From assembly GCF_947568905.1 (NCBI RefSeq), contig NC_079172.1:27156001-27220000 (forward strand): a DNA stretch of 64,000 nt, read 5' to 3'. The translations under genes were made by a program, and so were the position numbers. The DNA is from Ostrea edulis (Eukaryota). Below the pieces are notes generated by a model. The model saw only the letters and a program-made list of their open reading frames with translations, was not told the DNA's origin and did no database searches. Below are positions 45,433 to 58,077 of the stretch, in pieces. Within the stretch, counting starts at the first letter, position 1, and each line of letters opens with the position of its first letter.

Positions 45433-47484
45433 TTAGTCATTTGTATCATTCATTGGTAATGCATTTAACGTATTATCATGTCATTGCCACATATTTAAGT
45501 GGCTGATCTACTTGCACCTCACCACTTTCTGTGTAAGGACATTGTTATTGCCCAAATTTGGCGAATACAAAATTATCAAACTTCTTGCAATGATACTGGC
45601 TTAATCAAAATATGGATTCCTTTCAACAACAAACTGCATGCTAGTTTTTATGCTTAACAAAATATTATGCACCTGTTGTCGAGCGCAGCATGATGTACAT
45701 TTATCTTTTGAGAAGTGTGCATGAATAAAGATAGTTATAATGGTGCCCTATAACCGCTATTTGGTTGTATTTAGTGAACAAAGTGTCCACCTAGTTCTTG
45801 CTTTAGCTAATATAATAAAATATATAATAATAAAAATACACTTATATAGCGCCTTATCTAAAAATACTCTAAAGCGCTGTACAACATACTAAAAGGATTT
45901 GACCCACAAACCACCAACTATGGCCTAGTCTTAAAAATGATTGATTTTGATATGAAATATTACCAAGGATTTGTGCTATTTGTAATCGTTTTTCTTTTCT
46001 TTATATATTTCATAGTATTTAAATACCATGTCTTCAAAATTAGGGCATTTTTTGTCACTAGCTGTCTTCAATGTAACGTCAAAGTTGTGTAAGTGCTGAT
46101 CTCTTTCATTATATCAGTATATATATGTAATATATACAGCACCTCACATATACAAAATTTACAAACAGCACATTATGTATAAAAGAATTGAATATTCTCT
46201 CTGATAACATTTTCTATTAATATTCCCACAGAGTTTGATACATATGTACACTTATTCAACACCGTGTATAGGTAGATCGATATTACCGACAGTGTATTGA
46301 AGTATGTCACAGTATTAGTATTTTGACTGTCATTTGCATAATACTTCATGGAACTTTTTATTATTTCATCCTAGCGTGAACTAATATTTAACATCTCATT
46401 CAACAATTATGTATTTTAAATATATGATGTAAATGCTAATGTTTCGCTTTAAAATTGCCCGAAAAGTAGGGCAACGAATTAAAAGGATACCGTGTTATGA
46501 CGCTTCCTGTTAGCTCGAATTTTTTCGCATTTCTATAACAGATGCATGTGAACGCAGCTGATACGGCATCTGATCGCGTAGCATTCATTACATTGCAAAT
46601 GAATAGTAGATTAGCAGTGAAGAGGTAATCGAGACTTTGGTGGAACAACCAGTATGCAGAAGCAACTAATGATCATGATGTAAGTGAATTTATTCAATAA
46701 CAATTAGGCCTAGTGAAATACGAAAGTTTGCGCGATTTTCACTATCAGATCAATCATGCCCTATATATTTCGGATTTTTTTTTTTAAAGTTTGGCATGTG
46801 TCATATATTGGGTAAAATTTGTAATCGTTACTCCTACATAGCATCCCCTACTTATTTGCAACAAGTTACTGCATGATTGAGGGGGGGGGGGGGGGGGGGG
46901 GGGTTATAAAATATGAATCCTCTTTGAAATCACATTTGCAGTCGCTCTGATAAAGATTGGTAATCAATACATCGTTTGAAATACACACTTATTTTTATAT
47001 TGTTTCCCACAATCCAGAAGATATGTCCACTGTGGTTTAATGTACATATGATATATGTACACTGTATATGTTGCATAGCATTGCTGCCATGGATGAACTA
47101 TAAATGTGCCAAGTACACAGGAACCTTTATTGGTAAAGCTAGGACTGTTGTCTTGTGTATTATGATAAGTCTATCAAAAAGATTCCATATTCCAGATACT
47201 ATGTTACAGTTGGGGCAAGTTCAACTGTCGGTCCTGGTGATGGTCATGCAGACTGTACTTAAGTAATGTAAACTAGTGTTGGGAATAGACATGCACATTG
47301 GGCATGAATAACTTGGGTATCCGACGATGATAAATGGGCAGTAGTTATAATTTCACCCGCCAATCATCATGAATATTTTATCTTTTCCTGTTACATGTAC
47401 TTCACCTAATAATGATATCATATTTCAGCATCTATTGTAGATGTAGATGACTAAAGGCATTGGTCAAGTGATCTTGTTACAAAC

Positions 47485-47610
47485 TTGCACAACTTGATAT
47501 CTATATTTTAGGACATGTTAAAAAATAATCCATTATTTCATAGTTTGCAAACTAAGAAATAATGGATTATTTTTTAACATCCCCTAAAATATAGATATCA
47601 AGTTGTGCAA
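47485..47610. repeat. 126-bp near-perfect palindrome (hairpin/cruciform)
   Basis: TTGCACAACTTGATATCTATATTTT...AAAATATAGATATCAAGTTGTGCAA with about 55-bp arms. Confidence 0.85.
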
Positions 47611-48081
47611 TTCTCCATGGAGAATTAAATTCAATATATATATAATATATACTGTTATCAAGCATTGCAAAAATGTTTTCAATAATTATGACAATAGTCA
47701 TCTCGTCTTTCATATGAAATCAGTTAATATTATTTGGCAAATACATCAAAGTAAAGGTTCCCAATCTTTCACTTAAATCAGACTGCATTCTTTGAAATAT
47801 AAAATGTACCCCAATGTGAGCAACTGAAATTGCCAAATATCACATCTGATAAATGTAAAATGTATTGCAATGCTTGCTTAACAATTATGATAAACTGACA
47901 AAGTAGATCTGGATAAGAGTATGAAAATTGTTTTAATTACTCATGTTAATATAAAAATAATTGATTGTATCATTTTATGATCACAAAGTGAGATGAAGGA
48001 ATCTTCCAAATAAATATAAGTTGAATATATAGGAAATAATGATGTTTGAAATAAAAACAACTTATAAGATGATACAAAATC

Positions 48082-48105
48082 TATCTCTCTCTCTCTGCAA
48101 TCAAT

Positions 48106-48173
<68 letters not shown>
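48082..48173. repeat. (CT)n microsatellite
   Basis: Directly visible; interrupted once by GCAATCAATATCTT. Confidence 0.95.
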
Positions 48174-48180
<7 letters not shown>

Positions 48181-48211
48181 AATCAATATCTTCTTCTCTG
48201 GTACAACTGTT

Positions 48212-50538
48212 TTACTCTTCTATTTCACTGCCTTCACTGGAACTCTCAGACTCATCAACCAAAGTGGCATCTTCCAGAAACTCCCCCCAATCACGCACAC
48301 CTATTCGCCCCGCTGGTTGGTGCCGTGCATACCCCACATACCATAGAATGGCTGCAATGTGTGCACACATGCCAACAACACGAGCACCAGCCTTACACTT
48401 ACAATACCATGCAATTATTGCACCCTCTGCATACTTTATCCACAGAAGGTAGGACCTGGATGACACATGACGACTCTGCATTCTGATTCGTACTAGACCT
48501 GGCTCCTCCTTGTGGACATGAATGGCACAATCTCCTTCAATATGTTCCTGGGCATAGCTTGGGGATAATTTCAGCTGGTACGTGCCACATGTCAGAGACC
48601 TCAGTTGCTCTTCATCCAGGTTTGGAAAGTCAGTGATATCATCCATTTCCTCCCAACAAGCTGATCGTCTTTCCAATTTGTTTTCTTCAACATGCTGCCG
48701 AAGGGTGTTGATTTGCTTTGATAAGTAAATCATTTTTGTACCAAGGATCTGGTCATCTTCAGCACTACCATTAGAAATACTTTTCAAGTACCTATAATGA
48801 TAAATCAAGCATAACCTGAATATAAACATTCTGGGTTTTTTAAGTATCAATATACTTAGTGTATCTAATTACTTAGGTAATGGTATTATGATTTCATTTT
48901 AATTTCATCTCTTTACAGGATTTCATTGTGAGATGCATGTTTATTTGCAAGTTATTGGAATTGATTATAATATACCTGTTACTGATGGCACAAACAATCC
49001 TAACAAAATCTCCAATGTACGGAACCTGGCTCGTTGGCAGGATTTTCCCAAGGTAACGCCATTGCTTTATCCTACCATTCGCTGACTCAACCACCCATCT
49101 TATCTGTGATTTTAAAATATGTTTACATAAATATATTATGAAGATATATTTTTCTGTAACTAAGTTCTTTGCATTGCAAAATAAACCTAAAATTCACATG
49201 AAAAATAAGACTTACCTTTGTCACTAATCGACTAATATTTGCACTTTCAGTTGACATCTGCCTGTCTCCATGAGCCATAAAGGATGGCATCTGTGCCTTG
49301 ATACCTAGTTCCTCCAAGTAATCCAAGGAGTCTCTGAAACCACGGTCCACCACAAATACATCATCCTCGCAAACCCATCCCTGTATGTCATCGATATTTC
49401 TTTTCAAAATGTGGTTGAGTATGGAGGCATCATTGTTTTTTGCAATATAAGGGCCTAATACAGAAACAAAGTAGCCTGTCGATGACACAATGACCATAGG
49501 TTTCACAAGTGGCCTGCCTTTGTGGAGACTGTAGGATTGACGTTGAAATCTAAAATTACCACTTTTGTTGATGTAGATGTACGTCCCATCCAATATAAGT
49601 ATGGCTTGCTGAGTTGTGTCATCACCAAAAAGTGTCTGGGCAAGGGGTCGCGTATGCTTATTGATTATCTCCTCTCGCGTTATGTGACCAAATCCAAGGT
49701 TTTCTGTGACAAAACCTCCAGTCATCAATATATTGCGGACAGCTCGCACACTTCTTTGTATACTGGATTTGGAAATATTAAACAATGTGGACAAAATCTT
49801 GTTTGACTCCCCTCCTCTCAATTTTAGCAAAAAGATTGCAAGGCTGGTTCTGGTAGTTCTAGCAGGAGTTATTTTGATTTTCCCCTCGATAAACAGCATC
49901 ATGTCATTGAAAGAAGCTTTTGATATCCCCAGGAGATCTACATATTCAGTGTCTGTAAGATTTTCACTGTCAAAATCTAGCCTTGCTTTCTCACTTCGTA
50001 TAATCTCAGTTCTTAAGAACTTGATCAGCTCAGTTATTGAAGTTTTATTGAACTTTGTTGTTCTCGCTGTTGGGTTCAAACTTTCAATGTCTCTCTGCAG
50101 GTGTTTTGGGCAGCAACGAGCTCCAGCAGGAATTATGACTTCTTTGGTGATAAAGATTCGATGACGAAATCCCACTGGAACCACAACTAGCTTTGGTCCT
50201 GGCCTTTTGCAGATGCAACATGCAGCATGTCCTCTTGATGTGCAAGGAAAAGGAAGAGTTACTGATGGTGGACTGAACTGAGGTGTTAAAGTTGTAGATG
50301 ATGTTGATGGTGCGGATTCACCTTGACAATCTGTCGTGCTCGCCATGCTATGACCTTTGCGTTTTATGTGACGTGCACACATGCACCTACATCTGTTGCA
50401 TAGGAAGTCATCGTCACCTGGTGTTCTCCCAGATAGTTTGGAGATAACGACTCTGTATTTTCTTGCAATGCTGTATCTGTCTTTCTGTCGTACCACGCGT
50501 GGACAATTACAACAGTTGTAAGATTTCTTACCAGGCAT
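48212..50538 (-). CDS. Intact spliced PIF/Harbinger-ISL2EU-type DDE transposase with N-terminal Cys-rich fingers and C-terminal SWIM, 676 aa; exons 50538-49216, 49103-48976, 48791-48212
   Basis: Putative catalytic triad ILDGTY / VVDRGFRD / [13 protein letters not shown]; HTH_Tnp_4-like [36 protein letters not shown]; [28 protein letters not shown]. Two GT-AG introns keep the frame (2031 nt in total). Confidence 0.88.
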
Positions 50539-52549
50539 CTGAAATGTCAAATAAAATCTGTTTCATTTTACATATTTTTTCTCTATGTTACTTTACAGGA
50601 GGGGGGGGGGTTGTTTCCACCCCCACCCCCCACCCCCCACCCCCTTTTTCTTATAGCAAGTATGACCTATAAAAGTAAAAAAGTTAAAAACCCTCAAAAT
50701 CCTAGAGCTTTGGAAGGCTTTGCCCACTGAACTCCCACCAGGGCTTTGCTTTAAACTAACTAAAGGCCTTAATGATTAATGTTAATTGAATTAATTGTTC
50801 AAACTACCCTTTTCCATCAATTAGATTTAAAAATATATCCACCTACTCAGGAAAGAGATGTTTCATATATTTAATTTGTTCTTGAAAATTATTGATTAAT
50901 ATTCTGTCCATATTTCCTTTCAGGTACTCAAATGCATGCATTAATTATTTGCATTTTTGTAATTTTCTTTGAAATTATAATTATAGTTACCAAAGAAAAA
51001 AAAAACAAGAAGACAAAACTGCAGATTTTTTGTTTTACATGTTACAACACACTATATAATTATACAGTATCATATTGCACAATTATTTTGTTAAATACAT
51101 TTTTTTCAGCAGGGGGATCTGTCCGTGTGATTCATACAGATTTATCGCCCTTTATGGTGATTACATAGTCTTTCAATAAAGAATATTTTACATAGTTGTC
51201 ATGTAATTTTTTTTTTTAATGTACAAGATATTATTATAAACCTTTTTATACACCAAAAGTTGATTTTAGTCAATGTGTTATACATGCGGATATATAAAAT
51301 TTGATTTTACATTTTACTAACTCGTAACGATAAATTCATGTGAAGTATATTAACAAATTGCGTCATAGATTAGGATCCGCGGCGGAAGTTATAAAGAAAT
51401 TAAAAAAAAATTGAGCATGACATATTTTGGAAGTTTGTAACTCGGAGTAGTGTAGTATTAAAGTGACAGTAATGTACAACAACATTCTCGGAATGTATTA
51501 CGTTCGACATGCTGCATAATGTCGCTGAATTTGGTTAGGGAGATCGTATATATAGGCCTATATTTTAAGATAATAAATTCAATAGGAACGCAGTGCATTT
51601 AATGATGTAATCATTCTAAATTAGAAAAATTATATTTATTCTTAGCGATATGATAGGCTCTGTATATTACTTCTACTAACAAATGTAAGGCTAATACATA
51701 GATGTGGGGAAAATATTTAACAACTTAACCCAGAATATTAAATGAACTATAAACATCTCCTTCACCTGACAGTGTAAATGTAAGACATTTTGAATAGTCT
51801 CATTATTTAGTATAATCTATCAATGAACTTACCTTGAAAGTGGATTGCGGATTGCACCGTGTTAATCAGTTGCTGTGAAATGCATCGCTGTTTCTATAGA
51901 CGCGACGACGCCGATGACCAGACGACAGTTTTAGCGCTTACCGCTAATTCTTAATTAATTTAATTTCGATATATCGGGTTCCTGACGGCATTTTTTTTTC
52001 ACTCAAAACTATTTTCAAATGTTTGAATTTTCATATTCTAATTTAATATTTTGCCGTCGATAACCCGATATTAAATAAATTTGAGCTCAAGGTTGACTAA
52101 ATCGGCGATTTTCCCGGAAATATATAGTCTTTTGTTGATTTTAGCACTTAGTGTACTATTACCAGCATCCGGTCATGTTTAAGCCCCCCATCGTTGAACG
52201 GTATCTGTCCTATACAGAAGAAATAAACACTCAGATTTATTACAAATCAGTGTTTATTTTTTCCACATTCGCTAGGCCATAAACAGCCAATGCCGGGTCG
52301 AATCCTTTACAATTGATAATTAAAAGAAAAACCATAGAATACACAACGAATAATTCTTACACATCTAAGCATGAATGCAACATTATGTCATAATGGATAA
52401 AAAGTACAAATCAAGACAATTCAAAATATAAAATATGATGCAAGCATACAACGTCCTAAATATATGAAAAACAAACAAGTAAAACTACTCAAAGGAATCT
52501 AAAACACAAATGTGCCCAAAGTTCATTAAATTTAACAGTACATAGCTAT

Positions 52550-52865
52550 TTAAAGGTTATAGGATTGACAGAAAAGATGAGTTTTTAACAGACGTTTAAA
52601 ACATTCAAGATTTTTGGCGTTTCTGAGCTGGCTAGGCAGATTGTTCCAGAGTGTGGATGCAGCCTTGTCGAATCTGCGTTCACCGTAGGTCTTAGTCCTG
52701 ACTGATGGTACAGTTAATAGATTTGCGGTTTCTGAACGCAGGGCTCTTGTCGGGTTGTATGGAATAATGAGTTCCGTTAGATATCCTGGAGCCAGGTTGT
52801 GGAGACTTTCAAACACATAAAGGAGAATTTTGTACTGGATACGATAATCAACGGGAAGCCAATGA
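52550..52865 (-). mobile_element. L2/CR1-group LINE 3' fragment
   Basis: HWLP..RIQYKILLYVFESLHNLAPGYL...RALRS...YGERRFDKAASTLWNNLP...FKRLLKTHLF. Confidence 0.85.
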
Positions 52866-53249
52866 CTTAGCTATGACTTGGATACTGCTGTATTTAGTAT
52901 CAAAAGGACAGGTATACCAGAAAGACAAATGGTAAGGAAGAGAATTTTGATGCATTATTTAATCAAATTTTAAGGAGAAAGAAACATGCAGTTTATTCAG
53001 CATTTTAGACATGAAATTGATGTATGAGAAGTACATGTATTTTTGACTTAACATCATAAAGATATATTGTATCCTTAAAATAAGAATAATTGTGTACTTC
53101 ATTATCAATCATTATCTACATGTATTTTGGTTTGTGTTCAGACATGTACATAAAATATTTGCATCAGGAATAAGGATAATCAGAAAAATATCTTGAAATC
53201 AATTTATGTATATCTTGATAGCAATAAAATAATATATTGCAAGCATTCC

Positions 53250-54646
53250 AACTTTGGACATCATAATCTACAACATTCCACTCAACTTTGGCAGTAATTA
53301 AGACTTTCACAAAAAATATCTTTGATTTCGTAAACAAGGAATTCCACAGTGATGAATCAAAGTAAATTCTTTCACTGTAAATTTTGTGTTCTCAATTTTT
53401 GACATCACCTTCTAAATACAATACAAAATCACACCACTGTACATATGCAACTGCCATTTGAGTCTGAATTTGTGTGTACCAATTTGAGATCTCTTTTAAT
53501 TTCATACACCCATTCTCATCCTTTTGGACATGATAATTTTCATTGAAAATCTGATCTACAGTGAAATTTCTGAATTTGTATGGACATTTAATTTCAAGTG
53601 CTCTTGTCCCACAACACTTATATTGTAAAATTCCATCTGGTGAAGCACCTAAATGAGGTTTACTGGAATCAATTATAAGACCTGAAGTTTTCAATTAACC
53701 AACTTTGTGTTCTGCAACATACATTTTTTTCATATAAATGTCTTGCCAAAACTTCTCTTTCCTTACCATAAATAGTGGCAGGTGTTGAAAATCATTTAAT
53801 GATGTACATTCATTGCTAAAAATTTGTTTTACTATATAATTATTGGGGTCATTTCCTTTATAATGACAAACATTGTGTAAGATGGAAGAATTAATTCTAC
53901 CATATCTGTATTGGTACCAGTTAACTGACTCTGACTGGTGGTCAATGATTATGTCAGATTTTAGATTTATAATCATGACATTCTGTGTAATTTTACACCT
54001 GTATAAAATGAAACTTGAAATGAGTTATATTTTATTGTTTTAACATCATAAAATGAAGAAGAAAAAATGTCCTAAAAAATGTGAACCAGCCCCTTTAAAT
54101 GTACAGTTGTAATGCTGGATTACCTATCTATTAATCATGTATTCTTATCAGTTAATGAATGTATTGATTATAAACAGAATATTATCCTTGACATCAGTTT
54201 TACTTTCTCTGATGACATAAATTCATAATGTAAAAAACCCCATTGAAATTGTGTATAGTGTGAAAATTAATCGTTATAATTACATGTAATTTTGATATTG
54301 AACATTACTTACCCAGTGCAATCACAGCCAGCAGAGGTACAACTTCCATCAGTGCAATCAAGCAAGCACAATATCCTATATGGATCAGCTGACTGTGAAG
54401 TCTCTCTAACACATAGCGATTTTACATATAGATGGTTGTGAGTTAACTTATGACAATGAATAGAGTGGATGTGATTAGATTTAAACAATTTGTAACCTCG
54501 TTCAGACTTGTAATTTTGAAGAGAGCAGGAGACCACTCGGCATCAGCTTGGGTAAAAAGTGGAATCTGTTTTAAATCATCAGACCATTTATTCAGTTCCG
54601 GAGAGGATACGGTTGGGAATTCAATGATTTTTCCATCAATAATCAC
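53250..54646 (-). pseudogene. Decayed SWIM + YqaJ (lambda-exonuclease-like) gene of an ISL2EU/Kolobok-type transposon
   Basis: YKSERGYKLF..CVRETSQ..SAGCDCT (SWIM), QSESVNWYQYRYGRINSS, HLGASPDG..ALEIKCPY, WYTQIQTQMAV...WCDFVLY. There is a frameshift near 53790 and an in-frame TGA at 53392, after which ERIYFDSSLW continues. Confidence 0.8.
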
Positions 54647-56500
54647 ACGACTTCTCTGACGATTGATCGATGTTTTCCGCCATACTCAATAATTTTTCAG
54701 TTATCTGGTGGCGCCCAGTTTTTATTGGTGGAAGAGAGAACCCAGATATAATGTACCTGGGAAGAGACCACCGACCTTTCGAAAGTATACTGTCGAATGA
54801 ATTGTGCAAATCCATAATTTTGTAAAATACTTAGCGCAGAGCTCTGTTAAGACTAGACAGTAAGTCAATGTCTCGACACAGGGTCATTTGGTTAAGACCA
54901 AGGTTGCCCATAAATGATTTTAAAAGTGCAATCGTTGCAGAATGAATATTTAATTTTCTATGTGCAATACATGTATTTATTTGAACGTTAAGGCCCATGA
55001 GCGTCTTTGCTTGCCCATGGACATATTGTGCCCACGAGATCGAAGATCGTATTAGCATTTTGTTTTTGGTACATCTGATTAGCCGTTTGTGTGCCTGTCC
55101 ACAACTTTAATTTTGGTCAGAACTATTGACCTTTGATATATACATATTTTACACAAATTGAACTGACAAGTCAAGTTCTCAGTTACACGATCGATCATAG
55201 TGAGTCATATTTCTAAAGCAAAGGTTAAATTTTAAAACCACAATTGGACTTGTGGTGGTAAGTAAGAGGCGGCACACTGTACGTCACATACGTAACTTAT
55301 TTCCTAACTGTATATTCTAACATAATTTTTCACAACATGTGTATCAAAGATCTCATACACCGAATTCCAATTCAGTATAGCAGAATTTTTCCCTGGAAAA
55401 TGGGTCCCGGTCACATTTTCCGCCGTGGACAGGTGTCCTAGTATAAAATTTCCCTGAATTGGATTGAACTTATTTTATTGACAAAATATCAAAAAGATTA
55501 GGCATTACTTCAAAACCGTAGATAGCCCCAACTTACATGTAGATAGCCCTCTCCCTTGACAATAAGTCATAAAATTGCCATACATTATGAGTAATTTACA
55601 ACGGATACAAAGAAATACAATGCAAGGATATTAGTTATGTTTACAGAGTGTACAAGTAGTTTCACAACTAAATCATAGTGAAAAAGAACATGATTATTTT
55701 TTCTTCAGAAAAACGACCACATTCATATAGAAAATGGACTATAACCTTGAAGAGTTGTAAAGTTTGTACATCAGAAAGAGAATCATGCCTTCATAGAATT
55801 AAATGCACATCTATAATTAATGTATACATCATTGAATGATAGTTGTTTGTTTATTGACTTTCCCTCATGCTCAAAGTCGGTGTCTTCCAGGCCGAAAAAC
55901 CACTGTGGACAAGACCCACCCCCTCCTCTCGTTTCCAGATTATCATTAAATTTGAGTTACTGAATCAACTTTGATCTTTCATGAAATCTGTTTCTAAATA
56001 ATAACCATTTTTCTACGTCAAAAGAAAGTTTATCGTGTATCAGCTGAGAAAACCAATAGATTCAATATTTTTATATATAAAAAAATAATGCGTTTAATTG
56101 TTTTAATATTGAAAGATAGAAATGCAATTTCCTCTGCCGAACCTGCATTCTTTGAGAAAGGACAAACATTATGACATATGAAATAGCATACTATCTAATT
56201 GTTTGATGTAAGTGGAACCAGAAACATTTAGATATAATTATGAACTTTCCAATTATACAAGAATGTCAGCACTGACAATTATCCTTATGTTGTATAGTGA
56301 GTGAATTTGAATAGTTAAACCAAAGCTGAATAATTACTAAATTGGAGCGGGCGTTCTGTTATCTATATTGGGGACGGGGGTGTTCTATACTGGGAATGTT
56401 TAACCTTGGTCAGTTTGTTCCTGGAAAATATAACATAGCCACGTCTTTCCGGAAGGATATACTATTATAGCTGGAATTTTTACCGTGTCCTCTTTTTCAG

Positions 56501-56870
56501 TGACTGAGCCACAGGTGCGCGCTTTCCAGGAAAAGGAGGGAATATTAACATACGAAGAAGCTAAGGTACTTTAAATTTGAAACGTTCTCCGCGTAAGAAA
56601 CAGTTTTTCTTTTTTGCAGGATAAATTCTTTTCCCAAGCTCCTACAGGAAAGCCGGTTGAAATAGACCAGGTTCATGCAGTAACTATCTCTTTTTAAATC
56701 ATATAACATCTACTGGTTGATTGTAAATAGAGCGACATATGTAACTTAAATGGAAATGTCCGTCTTTATTTTCGCAGATATGTGATTTGGTATTGTTCCT
56801 GTGTTCCTCTGGAGCAGACAGTATGACGGGGTCTCCAATCGTTATCGATGGGGGCTACACTGTTCAGTAG
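56501..56870 (+). CDS. Last three exons of a short-chain dehydrogenase/reductase (3-hydroxybutyrate dehydrogenase-like); exons 56501-56565, 56620-56670, 56778-56870; 5' exons not found
   Basis: Spliced frame TEPQVRAFQEKEGILTYEEAK|DKFFSQAPTGKPVEIDQ|ICDLVLFLCSSGADSMTGSPIVIDGGYTVQ* is a classical SDR C-terminus; all GT-AG with matching phases; too short for the supplied ORF track. Confidence 0.75.
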
Positions 56871-57563
56871 CGCATGAATTAAATTTCTGACGTTTGATAT
56901 CGGAAGACAACAAAAACAAATCACGATAGCGTTTATTTGATCTACCGTAGGTGGATATTCACTCAGTGAGATTTCTCGAGCCATTATATCAACCTACCGC
57001 TATGAAATGTTATCATAAATAATCACATTTTATGCATCAATCATTTTCAAACATGCAGCTGTAAAGAGTTAAATTTGAATGGCAGGAATTCAAGTACTTT
57101 TTACAAGTAAAGACGCATTCTACCCAGAGTTCCGTGCATTACCGTTGTAACGCGCCCTCTGGTGAGCGAATGGTATAAACGGCGTGACAGACGACTTCTT
57201 TTAAAGTATTTTGTAAATCACCCAAAACATTATTTTGTTTCATACCCAATGTGCATATTACATTAAACAAATTCTCAAAATCTGTCCTTTTGTTTACCAC
57301 TTGTTTATAGGCAACAATCTGAACTTGTGCTTATTTGTATTTTTAGGACGATGTATCTTAGTTATTTGTGTCATTCATTTGGGAACACATTTCATATGTA
57401 TGGACATTGGTACTACTTGCATTTGGCATACATAATATTCTCAATTTCTTGTAATAATACTGGCTTAATCATAATATGGAATCCTTTCAACAACAAGCGT
57501 GCAGGCTAGTTTTTATGCCAAACAATATTTATGCTGCACCCGGTGTCGAGCGCAGCATGATGT

Positions 57564-57755
57564 ATGAAAGGCGAAAATGACGAACAGTGACTCCTATAAG
57601 GAATAGAAAATAAAGAGTTGGGCAAGCACGGACCCCTGAACATACCAGAAGTGGGATCAGATGTGTAGGAGAAGTAATCGCCCCCTGTCAACCGATCCCA
57701 CCCGCCGTGAGCCCTTTGTATTGATCAGGTAAACGGAGTAATCCGTAGTCAAAAT
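57564..57755 (-). mobile_element. Penelope-like 3' tail fragment
   Basis: Reverse complement of the 42725-42920 tail. Confidence 0.75.
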
Positions 57756-58077
57756 AAAATTAAAATAAAATTTTGTTTAAATCAATCTTCTTTTGACCGG
57801 GTAACAGAGTAAATATCACCGAATGGTGCTGCAAACGCTAATCTTCTAGAACCTCTTCATTTTTACTGTTAATATCTAATTCATAAATCTTATAAAACAG
57901 GAACAAGAAGACGCGACCCAGTCTAATCCAATCTTAATAAACAGATAGATGCACAAAGAATTCCACACAGTCACGACAGGATTTAAAACTTATTTTGAAA
58001 ATCGTTTTACTTACATTGGGAAAGATAATTGTGTATAATTGTCTTTTGTTGTCATTTGGGTTCAATTGAGGAACACC

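Noticed and set aside
46976-47266. ICPLWFN in this ORF as the SDR NAICPG motif (also GRILSV at about 43690)
   Set aside because: Similarity is only 3-4 residues, with no supporting flanking motif or phase-compatible donor.
47941-48186. Arg/Glu-repeat ORF (RERERE)
   Set aside because: Translation of a (CT)n microsatellite.
46707-52278. GGCCTAG.GAA inverted pair as TIRs of the intact transposase element
   Set aside because: Only about 10 bp match, flanks differ (TTA versus ATA), and the right copy may belong to the adjacent L2 tail.
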